Shown here: piece by piece, positions 28,072 to 41,860 of the stretch
How positions within the stretch are numbered: position 1 is the first letter of the stretch
Layout of the letters: each line of letters opens with the position of its first letter
Assembly (NCBI GenBank): GCA_951406725.2
Contig: OX597826.1
Span: 43,028,001-43,092,000, forward strand
DNA length: 64,000 nucleotides
From: Octopus vulgaris
Lineage: Eukaryota
Reading direction: 5' to 3'
Program-made: the position numbers and the translations under genes
Notes under the pieces: model-generated
The model's database searches: none
What the model was told of the DNA's origin: nothing
Seen by the model: only the letters and a program-made list of their open reading frames with translations

Positions 28072-29020
28072 TTAACCCTTTCGTAACAATATTTCTATTG
28101 AAATGCATTTTTTTTTTTCCATTCCAGCTAACTTTTGAAAATAATGAACAATTTCATAAAATAAATTTGTTTGTATTATGATGGTGTTTGGAACATAAAT
28201 TAACAAGAAATTTTGATTGGATATTTTAATTTAGGTCACTTTAATCCTTTTGCTATCATAATTCTGTTGACACACACTGAGCTTGTTTTAATTAATACTG
28301 AATATAATGAAGAATTTAGTAAAATAGCTTTGTAATTATTGGAGAGGCTGTGTGGTAAGTAGCTTGCTTATGAACAGGTTCATTCTCACTGGGTGGCATC
28401 TTGGGCAAGTGTCTTCTACTATAGCCTAGGGCCGAACAAAGCCTTGTGAGTGGATTTGGTAGATTGAAACTGAAAGAAGCATGTTGTATATATGTGTGTG
28501 TGTGTGTGTATATGTTTGTGTGTCTGTGTTTGTCCCCCCAACATTGCTTGACAACCGATGGTGGTGTGTTTACGTCCCTGTAACTTAGCGATTCGGCAAA
28601 AGAGACTGATACAATAAGTACTAGGCTTCCAAAGAGTAAGTCCTGAGGTCGATTTGCTCAACTAAAGTCGGTGCTCCAGCATGGCCGCAGTCAAATGACT
28701 GAAACAAGTAAAAAGAAAAGGAAAAGGAAACATAAAATAACAAGCAATTTTGAAGGAAGGTTTTAATTTAGACCACTTTAAAGGAGGTTTGTATCAAAGA
28801 ATCAGGGGTGGTCTCAGGTGGGTTGGTATCAAAAAGATTTAGATAAAAAATAATGAAGAATTTAGTAATCTAACTTTGTTATTATGAAGCTGATGTTTGG
28901 GCAAACATTAAAATGAAAACTTTCATGAGAAGTTTTAATTCAGATTACTTTGAAAACAGGAAGTTTGCATCAGAGAATCAAGGACAGTATCAGGTGTGCT
29001 GATATGAAAAGGGTTTAAAG
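28072..29020. mobile_element. Pile of nested, diverged MITE E copies
   Basis: Repeated 'ttaaccctt', 'gaagaatttagtaaaataactttg', 'ggtgtttggaacataaat' and 'aaaagggtt' segments. Confidence 0.65.
28341..28730 (+). mobile_element. SINE family A inserted in MITE E
   Basis: Family A body and tail between two halves of a MITE E copy. Confidence 0.88.
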
Positions 29021-29476
29021 AGCTGTGAATAACAGGGAATATCTAGGTGAAGGTGAGAAAGGTTTCCTGTAGATATTAGTTTCAAATTTTTGCACAAGGC
29101 CAACAATTTCGAGGAAGGAGCTAAGTTGATTAAATTGACCCCAATATCCAACTGGTACTTATTTTATTGACCCTGAAATGATGAAATGTAAAGTCAATCA
29201 TGGTGGCATTTGAACTCAGGAAGTTTGCATCAGAGAATCAAGGACAGTATCAGGTGTGCTGATATGAAAAGGGTTTAAAGAGTTGTGAATAACAGGGAAT
29301 ATCTAGGTGAAGGTGAGAAAGGTTTCCTGTAGATATTAGTTTCAAATTTTTGCACAAGGCCAACAATTTCGAGGAAGGAGCTAAATTGATTAAATTGACC
29401 TCAATATCCAACTGGTACTTATTTTATTGACCATGAAAGGATGAAATGTAAAGTCAATCATGGTGGCATTTGAACT
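28957..29476. repeat. 260-bp tandem duplication
   Basis: 28957-29216 and 29217-29476 differ at about 5 positions; CAG microhomology at the junction. Confidence 0.93.
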
Positions 29477-29704
29477 CAGAACATAAAGACAGACAAAATG
29501 TTGCTATGCATTTCGCCCAGCATGCTAACGATTCTGTCAGCTTGCTGCCTTTAGCATGTATAAAATTAAACAGTAATATTATTACAAATGTTAGAGTGGC
29601 AAGGCAGTGGTCTTTAACACTTTTATTATCATATTTCTGACCAAATTTAGTCTTTGTTTCAACTAATTTTAAAACAACAAAGTATTTAATAAAATTATTG
29701 TTGA

Positions 29705-29924
29705 CCCTTTCGTTACTGTATTTATTTTGAAATGCTCTGTGTTTCTTTCAATTACTTTAAATATAACAAAGAATTTAGTAAAATAACTTAGTTATCATTA
29801 AGCTAGTGTTTGGAACATAAATTGTGACAAAGGTTTGATGGAAGATTTTAATTCAAAACTTATGAAAACAAGACATTTGTACTCAGAGCCAGAGCCGGTT
29901 TCAGCTGGGTTGGTAACGAAAGGG
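29705..29924. mobile_element. piggyBac-like MITE family E nested in an older relative (~29614-30055)
   Basis: TTGA|CCCTTTCGTTAC ... GTAACGAAAGGG|TTAA, a perfect 12-bp TIR. Confidence 0.88.
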
Positions 29925-30421
29925 TTAAAGTGATGTTTGGGACATAACTTAAAATGAAATTTTGAAGGGAGACTTTGATTTAGATTTCTTTAAAACAAGA
30001 AGTTTTTGTTATAGATATAGGATGTTCATAAGCAGCTTAGTATTAAAAGGGTTAAGAGTGGATTAGAGAACAAAACTTAAAATATTTAAAATCGCTGACA
30101 AAAGCAGTTTATAAATAATATCCAATAATCATCTATAATATTATTCTGCTACAGTCTAAATATGTAACATTTTAAAAATAGAATGAAATTGAAGACGATT
30201 TTTAAAAAATGTTTGTTATTTCTAAGATGAATGACTATAATTATTTTACATTGTGATCATCATCATCATAATCAAAATCATCATCAATGCCCACTTTTTC
30301 ATGCTTACATGAATGGGATGGAGTTTATTGAGGTGGAGTTTATTGAGGTAGATTTTCCATAGCCCTTGCCCTCCCTAACACCAATCCTCAACTGTTTCCA
30401 AGCAAGATAATATTTCTTTGA

Positions 30422-30648
30422 TGGTGGGTTGGTAGAAATGTTGGCATGCTGGTCGAAATACTTAGCAGTATTTCCTCTGCTGCTACGTTCTGAGTTCAAA
30501 TTCCGCCAAGGTCGACTTTGCCCTTCATCCTTTCTGAGTCGATTAAATAAGTACCAGTTACGTGCGGTTGATGTAATTAACTTAATCCCTTTGTATGTCT
30601 TTGTTTGTCCCCTCTATGTTTAGCCCCTTGTGGGCAATAAAGAAATAG
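30422..30648 (+). mobile_element. SINE family B inserted in a minus-strand family G copy (~30275-30915)
   Basis: Flanked by GATAATATTTC repeats (30406-30416, 30649-30659). Confidence 0.85.
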
Positions 30649-30956
30649 GATAATATTTCCTCTGACCAAACATTCTTGCAGAATATGGAAGTGAATGACA
30701 CTGCTTGTATGATAGTGACAATCATTTTACAACTATCATGTGGCATAAAGACAAGGAGATGCAAACATACAGATACACACACACATATGCACAATGGGCT
30801 TTTCTTAGTTTCTGCCTCATGAGGCTTTGGTTAGCTCAGGGTTAAAACAGAAGACATGCCCAAAGTGTAATACAGTGGGACTGAATTTAGAACCATAAGT
30901 TGCGAAGCAAACTGCACAAAGTCAAACCTGTCCCTATAAGATATCTATCTGTCTGT

Positions 30957-30998
30957 CTGTGAGCGTATTTGGTAGATGGAAACTGAAAGAAGCCCGTC

Positions 30999-31062
<64 letters not shown>

Positions 31063-31245
31063 TTGTGTATCTGTGTTTGTCCCCACCACCATTGCTTGGC
31101 AACTGATGCTGGTGCGTTTATGTCCCCATAACTTAGTGGTTCGGCAAAAGAACTAGACTTACAAAGAATAAGTCATAGGGTCAATATGCTCGACTAAAGT
31201 GCTCCAGTATGGCCACAGACTGAAAAAAGTAAAAAAGATAAAAGA
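30957..31245 (+). mobile_element. SINE family A, 5'-truncated
   Basis: Central domain, (TG)n and tail of family A. Confidence 0.8.
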
Positions 31246-31929
31246 ATCTATCAATTGGTCTGCTCACCTAGCCAGTGGGGTGGCATCATTCAATGGCTAT
31301 TGTGACCAGCACTGTATCACATCATTTGATAGTCTGGTTGGTCATGTGATATGTATACACACACACTCATATACATATCATCATCATAACAGCACTGTTT
31401 AAACATTCATTTTTTTTCCATGCTTACATGAGTCAAATTGAATTTGTTGAAGCAGATTTTCTATGGCAGGATACCCTTCTTGTAGCCAATCCTTAACTGT
31501 TGTCAAACAAGATAATATTTTCCCATAGCTAGATATGAAGGACACTATTCCCCACTTCAATTAGGAAAATACTTGTTCCTAATCATCATAAGATGTCAAG
31601 ATGACACACACACACACACACATCTCATATGGTATAAACCAAAGTATAATGAGCATATAGTTAATTGTTATAATGGGCTATCACCAGCAAACTGCAGTAA
31701 TAGACAACTAATCTCTCTCGAAATCAGTGTAATCTGCAGCTAGAAGCTATTAAAAAATAAAATGAAATTATTAATTTTTTTCCTTCTGAAACATGGTACT
31801 CAATAAACTTTCAACAATTTCCATGTGTAAGAGCTAGTTAACATTTATGAAGTAAACCTTGCAAGCAGGTGAAAATTCTTTTAAATTTAACACAAGCCAG
31901 TTTCTATATTATGAAATAATAAAACATTT

Positions 31930-32160
31930 GAGCGACGTCATTGCCAGTGCCACTGGATTGGCTCCTGTGCAGCATAGCTGTTGCCAGTACCACCAAACTG
32001 GACCTTGTGCCTGTGGCACGTAAAAGCACCCACTACACTCTCGGAGTGGTTGGCATTAGGAAGGGCATCCAGCTGTAGAAACTCTGCCAGACCTCAGTCA
32101 AATTGTCCAACCCATGCTAGCATGGAAAGCAGACGTTAAACGATGATGATGATGATGATA
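31930..32160 (+). mobile_element. RTE-type LINE 3' UTR / tail
   Basis: 'ggcacgtaaaagcacccactacactctcggagtggttggcattaggaagggcatccagctgtagaaac...catgctagcatggaaagcagacgttaaac(gat)n'. Relatives at 20795, 34170, 40331, 58165 and 62690. Confidence 0.75.
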
Positions 32161-32430
32161 AGGAAGTAAGTGACAGAATTGTTAGCAGACAACAAAAAAT
32201 GCTTAGCAACATTCCATCTGGCTTCATGCTCTGAATTGAGATACCGTCAAGGTTGGTTTTGATTGTTATCCTTTCAGGGTCAATAAAACAAGTACCAGCC
32301 GAGAACTGGAGGCAATGCAATCGACTAGTCCCACCACCCAACTAAAATTTCAGGCCTTGTGCCTATAACAGAAAGACTAAAAAACAAAACAAAAAAAACA
32401 ACAAAGCTTTATGCAGTATTGTCATTAATT

Positions 32431-32735
32431 TGTGCAGTTATTGATCTTTCTTAGCAGCAACACTCTACAAAGCAGTGACAGTATGGCAATCTTTCAATCA
32501 TCGCTTCAGCAATCTGAGAAAAAAGAACACATTATACAGGACACAACTGGAGAGGCAAGGATGGAATATCCAGCAATCTCCTTCTCTGGAAACCTACACA
32601 TGGATATACAGATACCAGCAGACCATGAAGGGCATATATTGATCAAGTTGTGAAAGACACTGGACATCAAGTTAAGGATATGAAAAACTTATGGAAGAGT
32701 TGCACTGACCTGGGCAAGTCCCCTGACCGGATAGG
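32431..32735 (+). pseudogene. Decayed RTE/RTE-X LINE ORF2 C-terminus
   Basis: Frame reads CAVIDLS*QQHSTKQ*QYGNL...TGHNWRGKDGISSNLLLWKPTHG...RP*RAYIDQVVKDTG, matching the GH.WR....LLLW.P.HG...GRP..YIDQL..DTG motif, with in-frame stops. Confidence 0.85.
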
Positions 32736-33294
32736 TGTATGAATCATTAACTTGTTAAATTAGTAAAGATAAGAACAAAGGTATATTTGTATAATATTAA
32801 TAAAATATTGCTGTTTGGTTTTACGATCAATTGGAAATCTTTCTGTAACCTTAGTTAGGTCAAGTAGTTTTAAAGTAAAAAAAATAAAAAAAAATCCTTC
32901 ACTGGAATGAAGATTTAAGTGAATAAATGAATATTTGTAAAGAAGAAAAATGAATGAATGAAATAAAAATTGCATGGGAAATTATAACAAAAAAAAAAAA
33001 TAAGAAGGAAACGAGAAAAAGAAATCATTGCTTAGTCGATAAATTCTCATCAGGTGGGAATAAAAAATATAGGAAGTAAAATAATTAGTTTCAGCACTAA
33101 TTTAGTTTGAGAAGATGAGAAAAAAAAATAATTTCATTTCATTTTCTAATAGCTTATAGAAAGAGATACATTGATTCTAAGAGAGATTAGCTGTCTATTG
33201 GCGAGGCAGTTCGTAGGTGACAGTTCATCAGAACAAATAACAATATACAGTGTATTATGCTTGCTTCAGTGATTACACTCAGTGTGTGTGTATA

Positions 33295-33404
33295 AATGTA
33301 TATATATATACACACACACATACATACATACATGCAAAGCAAGAAAGAGATGCATATATAGACCAGCATGAGATATATGTGTGCTTTGTATCTGTCTGTT
33401 TATG

Positions 33405-33446
<42 letters not shown>

Positions 33447-33655
33447 CATACATACATACACACATACATACATGGTTTGAATCTGCCTGGTTATGCATGC
33501 ATGCATATATATATATATATATAAAACGGACGTTAAACGATGATGATGATATATATATATATATATGCTTTGTATCTGTCTGTTTATGCATGCACACATA
33601 TATATATATATATATATATACATACATACATGGTTTGTATCTGTCTGTTTATGCA

Positions 33656-33692
<37 letters not shown>

Positions 33693-33720
33693 ATATGCAA
33701 GTATACAAGTGCACACATAC
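33295..33720. repeat. Compound microsatellite with unit 'tttgtatctgtctgtttatgca(ta)n'
   Basis: Unit repeated four times. Contains a 28-bp RTE tail at 33523-33550. Confidence 0.9.
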
Positions 33721-34344
33721 AAACTCACACAGACAGGTAGTATATATATTTATCCACTGGCTAAACATTCTATTTTTTTCTTCACTAATTTGATTAATTT
33801 GACATGTTACTACTTTAAAATAACTAAAAGCTAATCACAGCTGCTTTTATTTAAAAAAATAATTTTTTTTTTTTTTAGCAAATCTTTATACATAAAACTA
33901 ATGTTGGTGCAAATTACATCTTGACTAGTTTAATGAATAATTTAAATGTTAAATACTTCTGGTAAATAGAAATTAGCAGATATACTGATTGCTGACTGAG
34001 TGGTACAATATTATTATTAGGTGATGAACTAGTAGGAATCACTAGCATGCTGGACAAAATGTTTGGCAGCATTTGTTGCAGTTCTTTAGATTCTGAGTTC
34101 AAATTCTGTCTTTCATCCTTTCAGGGTTGATGTAACTGACTAGACCCTTCCCATAAAATTTCAGGCTCTGTCTGGTGCTACATAAAAGGCACCCAGTATA
34201 CTTTGTAAAGTATAAGTGTTAGGATGGACATCCAGCTGTAGAAACCATGCCGAAGTAGACAACGGAGCCTGCTGCAGTTCTTTGGCATGTCAGCTCCTGT
34301 CAAACCATGGTGATGGGCAAAAAAACACACATCTCAAAAATGAG

Positions 34345-34606
34345 GAATATATATATAAATAAATGCGCTCTTTTAAAGCCAGGCTCATGGGCCCTGTTTC
34401 CCGGTTTCAATGGTGTATGTGTTCTCCAGCTGGATGAGATGCCAGTCCATCACAGCGTTACTCATTTTTGCCAGCTGAGTGGACTGGAGCAACAGGAAAT
34501 GAAGTGTTTTGCTCAAGAATACAATGCGTCGCCTGGTCCAGGAATCGAAACCACAATCTTACGACCGTGATGCTGACACCCTAACCACTAAGCCACGTGC
34601 CTCCAC
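34345..34606 (-). mobile_element. SINE family F head with a different 3' region
   Basis: Shares 'ctcatttttgccagctgagtggactggagcaa...gtgttttgctcaagaa...accctaaccactaagccacgtgcctccac' with copies near 19070, 42230 and 56050. Confidence 0.75.
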
Positions 34607-36521
34607 ACACACACATATATATGGCATGTAAAAAACACCTAGCACACAAAGCGGTTGACATTAGGAAGAGCACCCTCCCAGGCTGGCCAACTCCTGCCAG
34701 CAAGGGAAACGGATGCTAAACAATGATGATGACGATAAAGATATAGAAGTGGAATACACATTAGTGGTGCCTTGCTCCACACACAAACTGCTAAGTATCG
34801 AAAGCAGTCAAGACAGCTATTTCAAGGCTTCTTGCAGTGTCTGGGGAACCTCTAGCAATCCTGCTAATCCACTTACTCTGGATTTGTACATATTTTATCA
34901 ACCCTAAAAGGATTAAACGCAATATAGACTTAAGCAGGATTTGAACACAGAGAATAGATGGTCAGAACTGATACTGCAAGGCATCTTATTCTATTCCATG
35001 ATCTAACAACTCTGCCAATTTGCAGCCTTTGCAGTTAATGGCAGGAGTTGATTCTTTGAAACTCTGCCAAAATCATTAAAGTCATCATTGGAAGTTCCTG
35101 TTAATGAATGCGGGTGCTGAAGAAGATTTCTAAGTATATAAACCAGTCATCAAATCTAATAACCTATCTGGAATATAGTTAACTATATTAATCTAAATTT
35201 CATGCTAAAACATTTTCATGAGGAATCTCCATGACAACCGAACACCATAAACCAACAAACTAAGAGTCAATAAAGGGGAGCAACTATGTGGATGGACACT
35301 CGGTCTGCTAAAAATAGCAGCCAAATTTCCTTGAAATCACATTCTACTGTCTTTGAAAAGAAAAAAAAAAGGATACATTAGACAATGTAGTCCTAGTTAT
35401 ATATATATGTATCTCAAAAAAAAGAAGTTATGGTCATGGGTAGGATGTAGAATGTCTGTGATCAAAGGTCACTCCAGTAGGGGAAATAAAATATCTACTA
35501 TAGTCAATCATAATCATGGGTGGCATACTGTGTTTTGGTTTCAAACAGTCTTAAAGAGATATTTACATCTACCCGGTGGAGTAGTGGATAAAGAGCTTTG
35601 AAATCTGTATAATAAAAAATATGATAGTAAGTTCAATCTTAATCCTAATTGTCTATCTATCTATCTTTGTGTTAATGACTATTTTTCCATGTTTCTATAT
35701 GCCAGATGGAATTCATTGAATTAGATTTTATATGGCTGGATGCTCTTCCTGTTGCTCACCCTCACCTATATTCAAGGAAGGCAACATTTTCCCCATGGCC
35801 AGGCATGTTTTTCACAGAAGGCTGGACATGAAGGACACTGCTTCCATGATGGTGATGATGTTCATTTACAATTATCATATGATGTTAAGAGAAGGGAAGA
35901 TAGACACACACACATACAAAATGCGTGTATGTGTGTGTGTGATGGGCTTCTTTTAGTTTCCATTCACAAAAATAAGCTCGTAAGGCTTTGGTCAGTCCAA
36001 TTACTGAAACAGGTAAAAGGTAAATGGTAATACCAAATTATATATCAGAGACAGAAGAGAAAGAGAAAGAAATGGAGATGGAGTGATGAGAAAGCGAGGT
36101 GGGGGAGGAGGAGGAGGGGAAAGATAAATATTTTAAATTCAAAGCTGTAGATTATTTGCTTTCTTCAGAAAGTAATAGGTTTATCCTTCCAAGAAAATTT
36201 CCAGAAGAAAACAAAAGCAATAATAATGCACCAGTGTTCCAAATCAGTGATAATAATTGAAATAACTTGGTTAATATGATTAGATTATAACTAACTTCAG
36301 AAGTACTGTATATTGCCTTTCAAGTTACTTCCACACGAAAGGGCCAAACTATGTACTGAAGCCAGAAAGTAGAAAGTCAATAATTGACAGATGACCTACT
36401 CTAGAAGATGGCTAGTACTTTATTAAACTACTAATGCACTGACACTAATGGTATGTTTTGAAATGAACAACACTGGGAACAATTTCGAAATGGATCTTGT
36501 GATGTGTTTAAAGTCTGCTTG

Positions 36522-36577
<56 letters not shown>

Positions 36578-37149
36578 TAACAATAATAATAATCTGAGTG
36601 GAAATGAACAAACATTGACAAGCAAAGCATTATATTAATTTGACAATGAAAGTGATCAAATCTTAGTTGTGACCTTACAACAGCAATATAGCACCTGGTG
36701 AGAGAACAGCAGAACTTTAATTAACAATCTAGTCCAATTTGTTGAAGGAATGGAATGGAAAGGACAAAATGAAATGAAATTTAAATTACTTTTTATTCAT
36801 GCTTCGAAACTTAAAATCTGTAAAGTGTATGGTTTAGGGTAAGGGTTGGTATTTTTGAAATATTAAGAACAAAACAAAATATCTCAAAAATTATACAATT
36901 AAGTTTTTATTGTATCTTGGAAGGTTCATCATGCTTATCATAAACACACACACACACACACTGGTTCGCTTTTGTTTCTTTATTATTTGTTAATTGGTTA
37001 AATAATTAACTAATAAATGAATAATAAAGAAACAGAACAGCTGAGTGTATGCTTATTATTGGCATAATGAGATACAAGAAAATCTATTTTAACACATGGA
37101 TTCACATCAAGAACCATGCAGACCAAATATAAGAGTGAAATATAGAATA

Positions 37150-37547
37150 CTCTTTCTCTTTTACTTGTTTCAGTCATTTGACTGCGGCCATGCTGGAGCA
37201 CCGCCTTTAGTCGAGCAAATCGACCCCGGGACTTATTCTTTGTAAGCCCAGTACTTATTCTATTGGTCTCTTTTGCTGAACCACTAAGTGACGGGGACGT
37301 AAACACACCAGCATCGGTCGTCAAGCAATGCTAGGGGTCAAACACAGACACACAAACACACACACACATATATATACATATATATGACAGGCTTCTTTCA
37401 GTTTCCGTCTACCAAATCCACTCACAAGGCATTGGTCGGCCCGGGGCTATAGCAGAAGACACTTGCCCAAGATGCCACGCAGTAGGACTGAACCCAGAAC
37501 CATGTGGTTGGTTAGCAAGCTACTTACCACACAGCCACTCCTGCACC
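37150..37547 (-). mobile_element. SINE family A, full length
   Basis: Reverse complement of family A consensus. Confidence 0.92.
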
Positions 37548-38974
37548 TATTTAAGTCATTTTCAGAAAAAAAAAAAGCATCAGTGAAATACTTTGAAAGT
37601 TTAATATTATTTAAATCATACTTTATTTGTAAGATAGAAATTCAAGTGTATAACTCCTTCTGTTACTGTCTCTGAGATAGAAGCTCTGTCTGTTGGTTAT
37701 GATGATGAGCTTTTGGTTGTTTGATCAATGGAACTACTCATTAAATTAACGTGGAAATGGCTGAGGATTCCACAGATACCATGAGATAATTCTTAAATTG
37801 AATTAGTGAAATGTAATATAAAACAAAATTGGCTCTTTGAGTTTTAGGTACAATGAATTAGAAGGGCTTCCACACAGTTTCCATCTACTAAATTTCAGAC
37901 TCACAAGGCTCAGGTCACTTTAATGGTTTGGTTAAAAAAAAACCCTAAAAAGACAACAAAAAAACCCAGCAACAACAAAACATCAAAGCTGCCAGACAGT
38001 AAGATTGAACCTAGGGCCTCATGACTGTGAAGTGAGTTTCTTAACTACTTGGCCAAGCATCTGTCTGACCTGTTTCTGAGGCTGATATATCTTGATGAAG
38101 AAGCAGACATAGTTGACAGTTCATTCATTTCACCTAAGATTTATCTGTTTTGCAAGGAAATATTGAATAATGAAGTATGCAAACAGTTCATCATAACGAG
38201 AAATAATTAATTAAAATCTAACAATATTTTGTTTTAGTTGCAAGATTACGGATGAGTTGAGTATGAATTCAACAAAAAAAACAACATTCCACCACATTGC
38301 ACATTAAAACAAAGAAAAACAGAAAGAGGCTAGAAGCAAGAGTACAGAGAATATATCAATTAGCTGTAATTCCATGTCCATGGAATATTCCATGTTATGC
38401 CAGGATCAGTGACAAGTCAGGAGACATCGATTATTTCTGTAAAAATTAAGCTAGGAAACAGTCATGCTATAACATTAGAAGCTTAGGACCGAAAGTTGTC
38501 TTGCTGTTTCTCCTGCCAGCTGGCACATAGCCAAGGTAAATAATAAGCTGAATTACTTCAGTAATTAATTGATTAGGAACTTCCGAAGTTATGAAACTTC
38601 CCAAGTTTGTCACCATTTTACTGGGTCATGAAGGGTCTGTTTTTTTTTTTCTTTTTTGTTGCTGGTGTCAAGTGGTGGAATTTGAACTCAAAAATGTAGA
38701 GTGCTTGCTGCTGCAGATATTATAAGGTATCCCTCTTATGGCTCTAATAATTCACTCAGTCAACCCCTCCCACCCTGGCGTGGTACTTATATTTACTGAC
38801 CCTCAAAGGATGATGAAAGGCCAAGCCAACATCAGCACAATTTGAACTCAATGCACAGGGAGTTGGAACAAATACCTCAAAGGTATTTTATGCTCTAACA
38901 ATTCTGCCAATTTAGAAACATCAATGAGTGTCCATTAACAAATATTTCCCTTGAACTAAATAGCACAAGGAATG

Positions 38975-39240
38975 TGTATATAGAGCTGGTGTGTGTGTCA
39001 CAACTACAAATATATAAAGCTAATGTGTGTGTGTGCATTACAGCTCTAATGAGCAAGATGTCAACGTAAAGCTAAAGTGTGTGTGTGTGTATGTGCATAT
39101 ATGTTGTATTAACAACTACATAAAACCAGCGTGTGTGTGTGTGTGCGTGCATGTGTTATAGGTACACTATATAAAGCTCGTGTATGTGTGTTATAGGTCC
39201 AGCTATATAAAGTTTGTGTGTGTGTGTATTACAGTTACAA
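38975..39240. repeat. Degenerate minisatellite 'tataaagct(n)(gt)n attacaactaca'
   Basis: About six units of 35-50 bp, each with 'aaagct' followed by a (GT)n run. Confidence 0.7.
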
Positions 39241-40330
39241 TCAGCAAAATAGCACTGCAAAAATTTAATTAAGAGATAGTATGTTTGTTCATTTAACACA
39301 CATTTTTCTAGCAAAGCTAAAAGTTTTTGATGTGAGATTTTATTAGAGGCAGGATTTTAAAGTCAGATGCTCTTCCTGTCACCAACTCTTATTTGTTTTT
39401 CAGTTAAAAAAAGAGATCTCATTATTCCGCAGGTCTTTGAGAATAGAGAGCATCCAGTTGTAATGTCAACATTTAGTGTTGGTTCACTCAAGTGGTGATA
39501 AGTAACTGATGCAAATATGATCTGACAATTGAAAACACGAAGAATTAATGGGATAGTTTCTTCAAATCTTCACACCAACAGAAGATATTTTTGATACTGG
39601 AAAATTCGAGTTCAGCTAAGAATAATGCGACTAAAAGAAGCCCATATGTGGATAAATTGAAGTTACTTTACATTGATGAAGCCGAAAAATGGACTTTAAA
39701 GAAAGAGCTTCAGGATCACTCTGAGGGCTGGAAACATATTTTAGAGACTTCAGAGAATGGAAGTCACTAACAGAGGATAAAAATGTCACAAGTATATGTT
39801 ATTGGTAGAGATGACAACAATAGCATCATCATCATCATCACTACCACCATCAAATGTGTGTCTTCTATGCTGGCATGGGTTGGACAATTTGACAGGATAT
39901 CACGAGTTGGAAGACTTGTTATGTACCAATATCTGCTTTGGTAAACGGAGGCTAAGGGAAGGAAGGTATCCTCAAACTAGAATCATGGTCTGAATGCTTG
40001 TATCAAAGTGGATTCTGTTACAGGCACTTAAGATGCCAAATAGTGTTAAACTGGCCAATGGGCTATGTCTACCTCCGAGGTGAACCTAGATGGGATTTGA
40101 ACACAGAATGCAAAGAGTCTAAACAAATACAATAAGTTATCTGGTCCAATGTTTTTACTGTTCTGCCAATCCACCCTCTTAAGTTGGTAACTGTAAATGG
40201 TGATCAAGTGTATGTAATTTTTGGTTTTTAGCACCAAATCAACCATGATTGTACAGGCCTATGAGCAAAGCTATTCTCACCATGACTACTCCATTGACAT
40301 TTAGAAGTACGTAGGATATATATATATATA

Positions 40331-40450
40331 TCATCATCATCATCTTTTAATGTCCGCTTTCCATGCTAGCATGGGTTGGACGATTTTGACTGAGGGCTGG
40401 TGAACCAGATGGCTGCACCAGGCTCCAATCTTGATTTGGCAGAGTTTCTA
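40331..40450 (-). mobile_element. RTE-type 3' tail inserted in (TA)n
   Basis: '(tca)n ttttaatgtccgctttccatgctagcatgggttggacg' with TA runs on both sides. Confidence 0.8.
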
Positions 40451-40456
40451 CTGCTT

Positions 40457-40518
<62 letters not shown>

Positions 40519-41519
40519 ATGAGTTATATATCATATGAGTCAATTTTTTATTTAAGACATTTGGGTGTGATGTGAGAAACATAGCTGTTACTTTTAGCAG
40601 GTCAAGTGAGAACACAGAGGCTTGTTTGTTGTTTCACAGCAAGAAGTACATACTGTCAGTGATTGTGAGCATGAGCAATCTTCCACTATAACCACAGTGA
40701 ACCAAAGATCAATATGTACAAGCATCCTCTTATAATCATGTTGCTATTGTTTCTTTATGCTACTCCAACCCCTCTGCTATTTGAAGTGACGGAAGTAGTC
40801 ATGTTGATTGAAATAATTAGATATGTTACCAGCAATAAATGAATGAATATTTTAACAAATGTTATTCAAATTAGTGTATGTTTTCACAAGTTACATTCTC
40901 CTCTTGGCATATTGACCATAACCAACACTCACTCACAGGCAAGTGTGACCTCGGAGAATGTTCCATGCTTTTGTTAATTATTTTAGGTGCTTCTATACTT
41001 GCAAGCTGACATAGATATCGTCTCAGCACCCCCTCTTATCCATGATCCAACAGAAAATCCAAAATGTGAGAGCAGGAGGGAGAGTGGGGGACTGTACTAG
41101 TCATTGTGCTGATGCAGGCCTCTCTCAAATACTGCAAAGCATTCTGTTCAACACTCTGATGATTGCCAGTTTTACCACCTTATAAATTATTCTATTAATA
41201 TATGTGGCAACGATGTGAAACCTAAAGAGCTCAATATAACAAGAAATAAGAAAAGAATAAAGATTTCAAGTCTACATCATTGCCTTAATTTTTGCTTTTC
41301 CATGCTTGGATGGACCAGGATGAGGTAGAGTTTTCTTTATGGTTAGATATCTTTCAAGATGTCAATCTCCATCAGTCTCCAGGCAAAGTAATAATCTCAC
41401 AATCTATTTATTGAACAACAAACAGCCTTTACATGAATAACTGAAAACAAAACAACACTGTATGAACAAGCCTTTTGTTTACAAAGGCTGCATTATACTT
41501 TAAGAATCCCAGACATGTT

Positions 41520-41860
41520 TCTTATTTCTTTATTGCCCACAAGGAGCTAAACACAGAGAGAACAAACGAGGATGAAAGGCAAAGTCGACCTCGGCAGAAT
41601 TTGAACTCAGAATGTAACGGCAGACGAAATACCTATTTCTTTACTACTCACAAGGGGCTAAACACAGAGGGGACAAACAAGGACAGACAAAGGGATTAAG
41701 TCGATTATATCGACCCCAGTGCATAACTACTATTTATGTGATCGACCCTGAAAGGATGAAAGGCAAAGTCGATCTTGGCAGAATTTGAACTCAGAACATA
41801 ATGGTAGACGAAATGCCGCTAAGCATTTCGCCTGGCATGCTAACGTTTCTGCCAGCACCC
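41520..41860 (-). mobile_element. SINE family B dimer (one unit internally deleted)
   Basis: Junction 'gaaatacctatttcttt' near 41631. CAGACATGTTT repeated on both sides. Confidence 0.85.

Noticed and set aside
38061-38210. 49-codon open frame LSDLFLRLIYLDEEADIV...
   Set aside because: No acceptor site, no start context and no recognisable homology.
39657-39770. LLYIDEAEKWTLKK peptide resembling the RTE motif LLYGAETWTL
   Set aside because: Too short and diverged to call; possibly a very old LINE relic.
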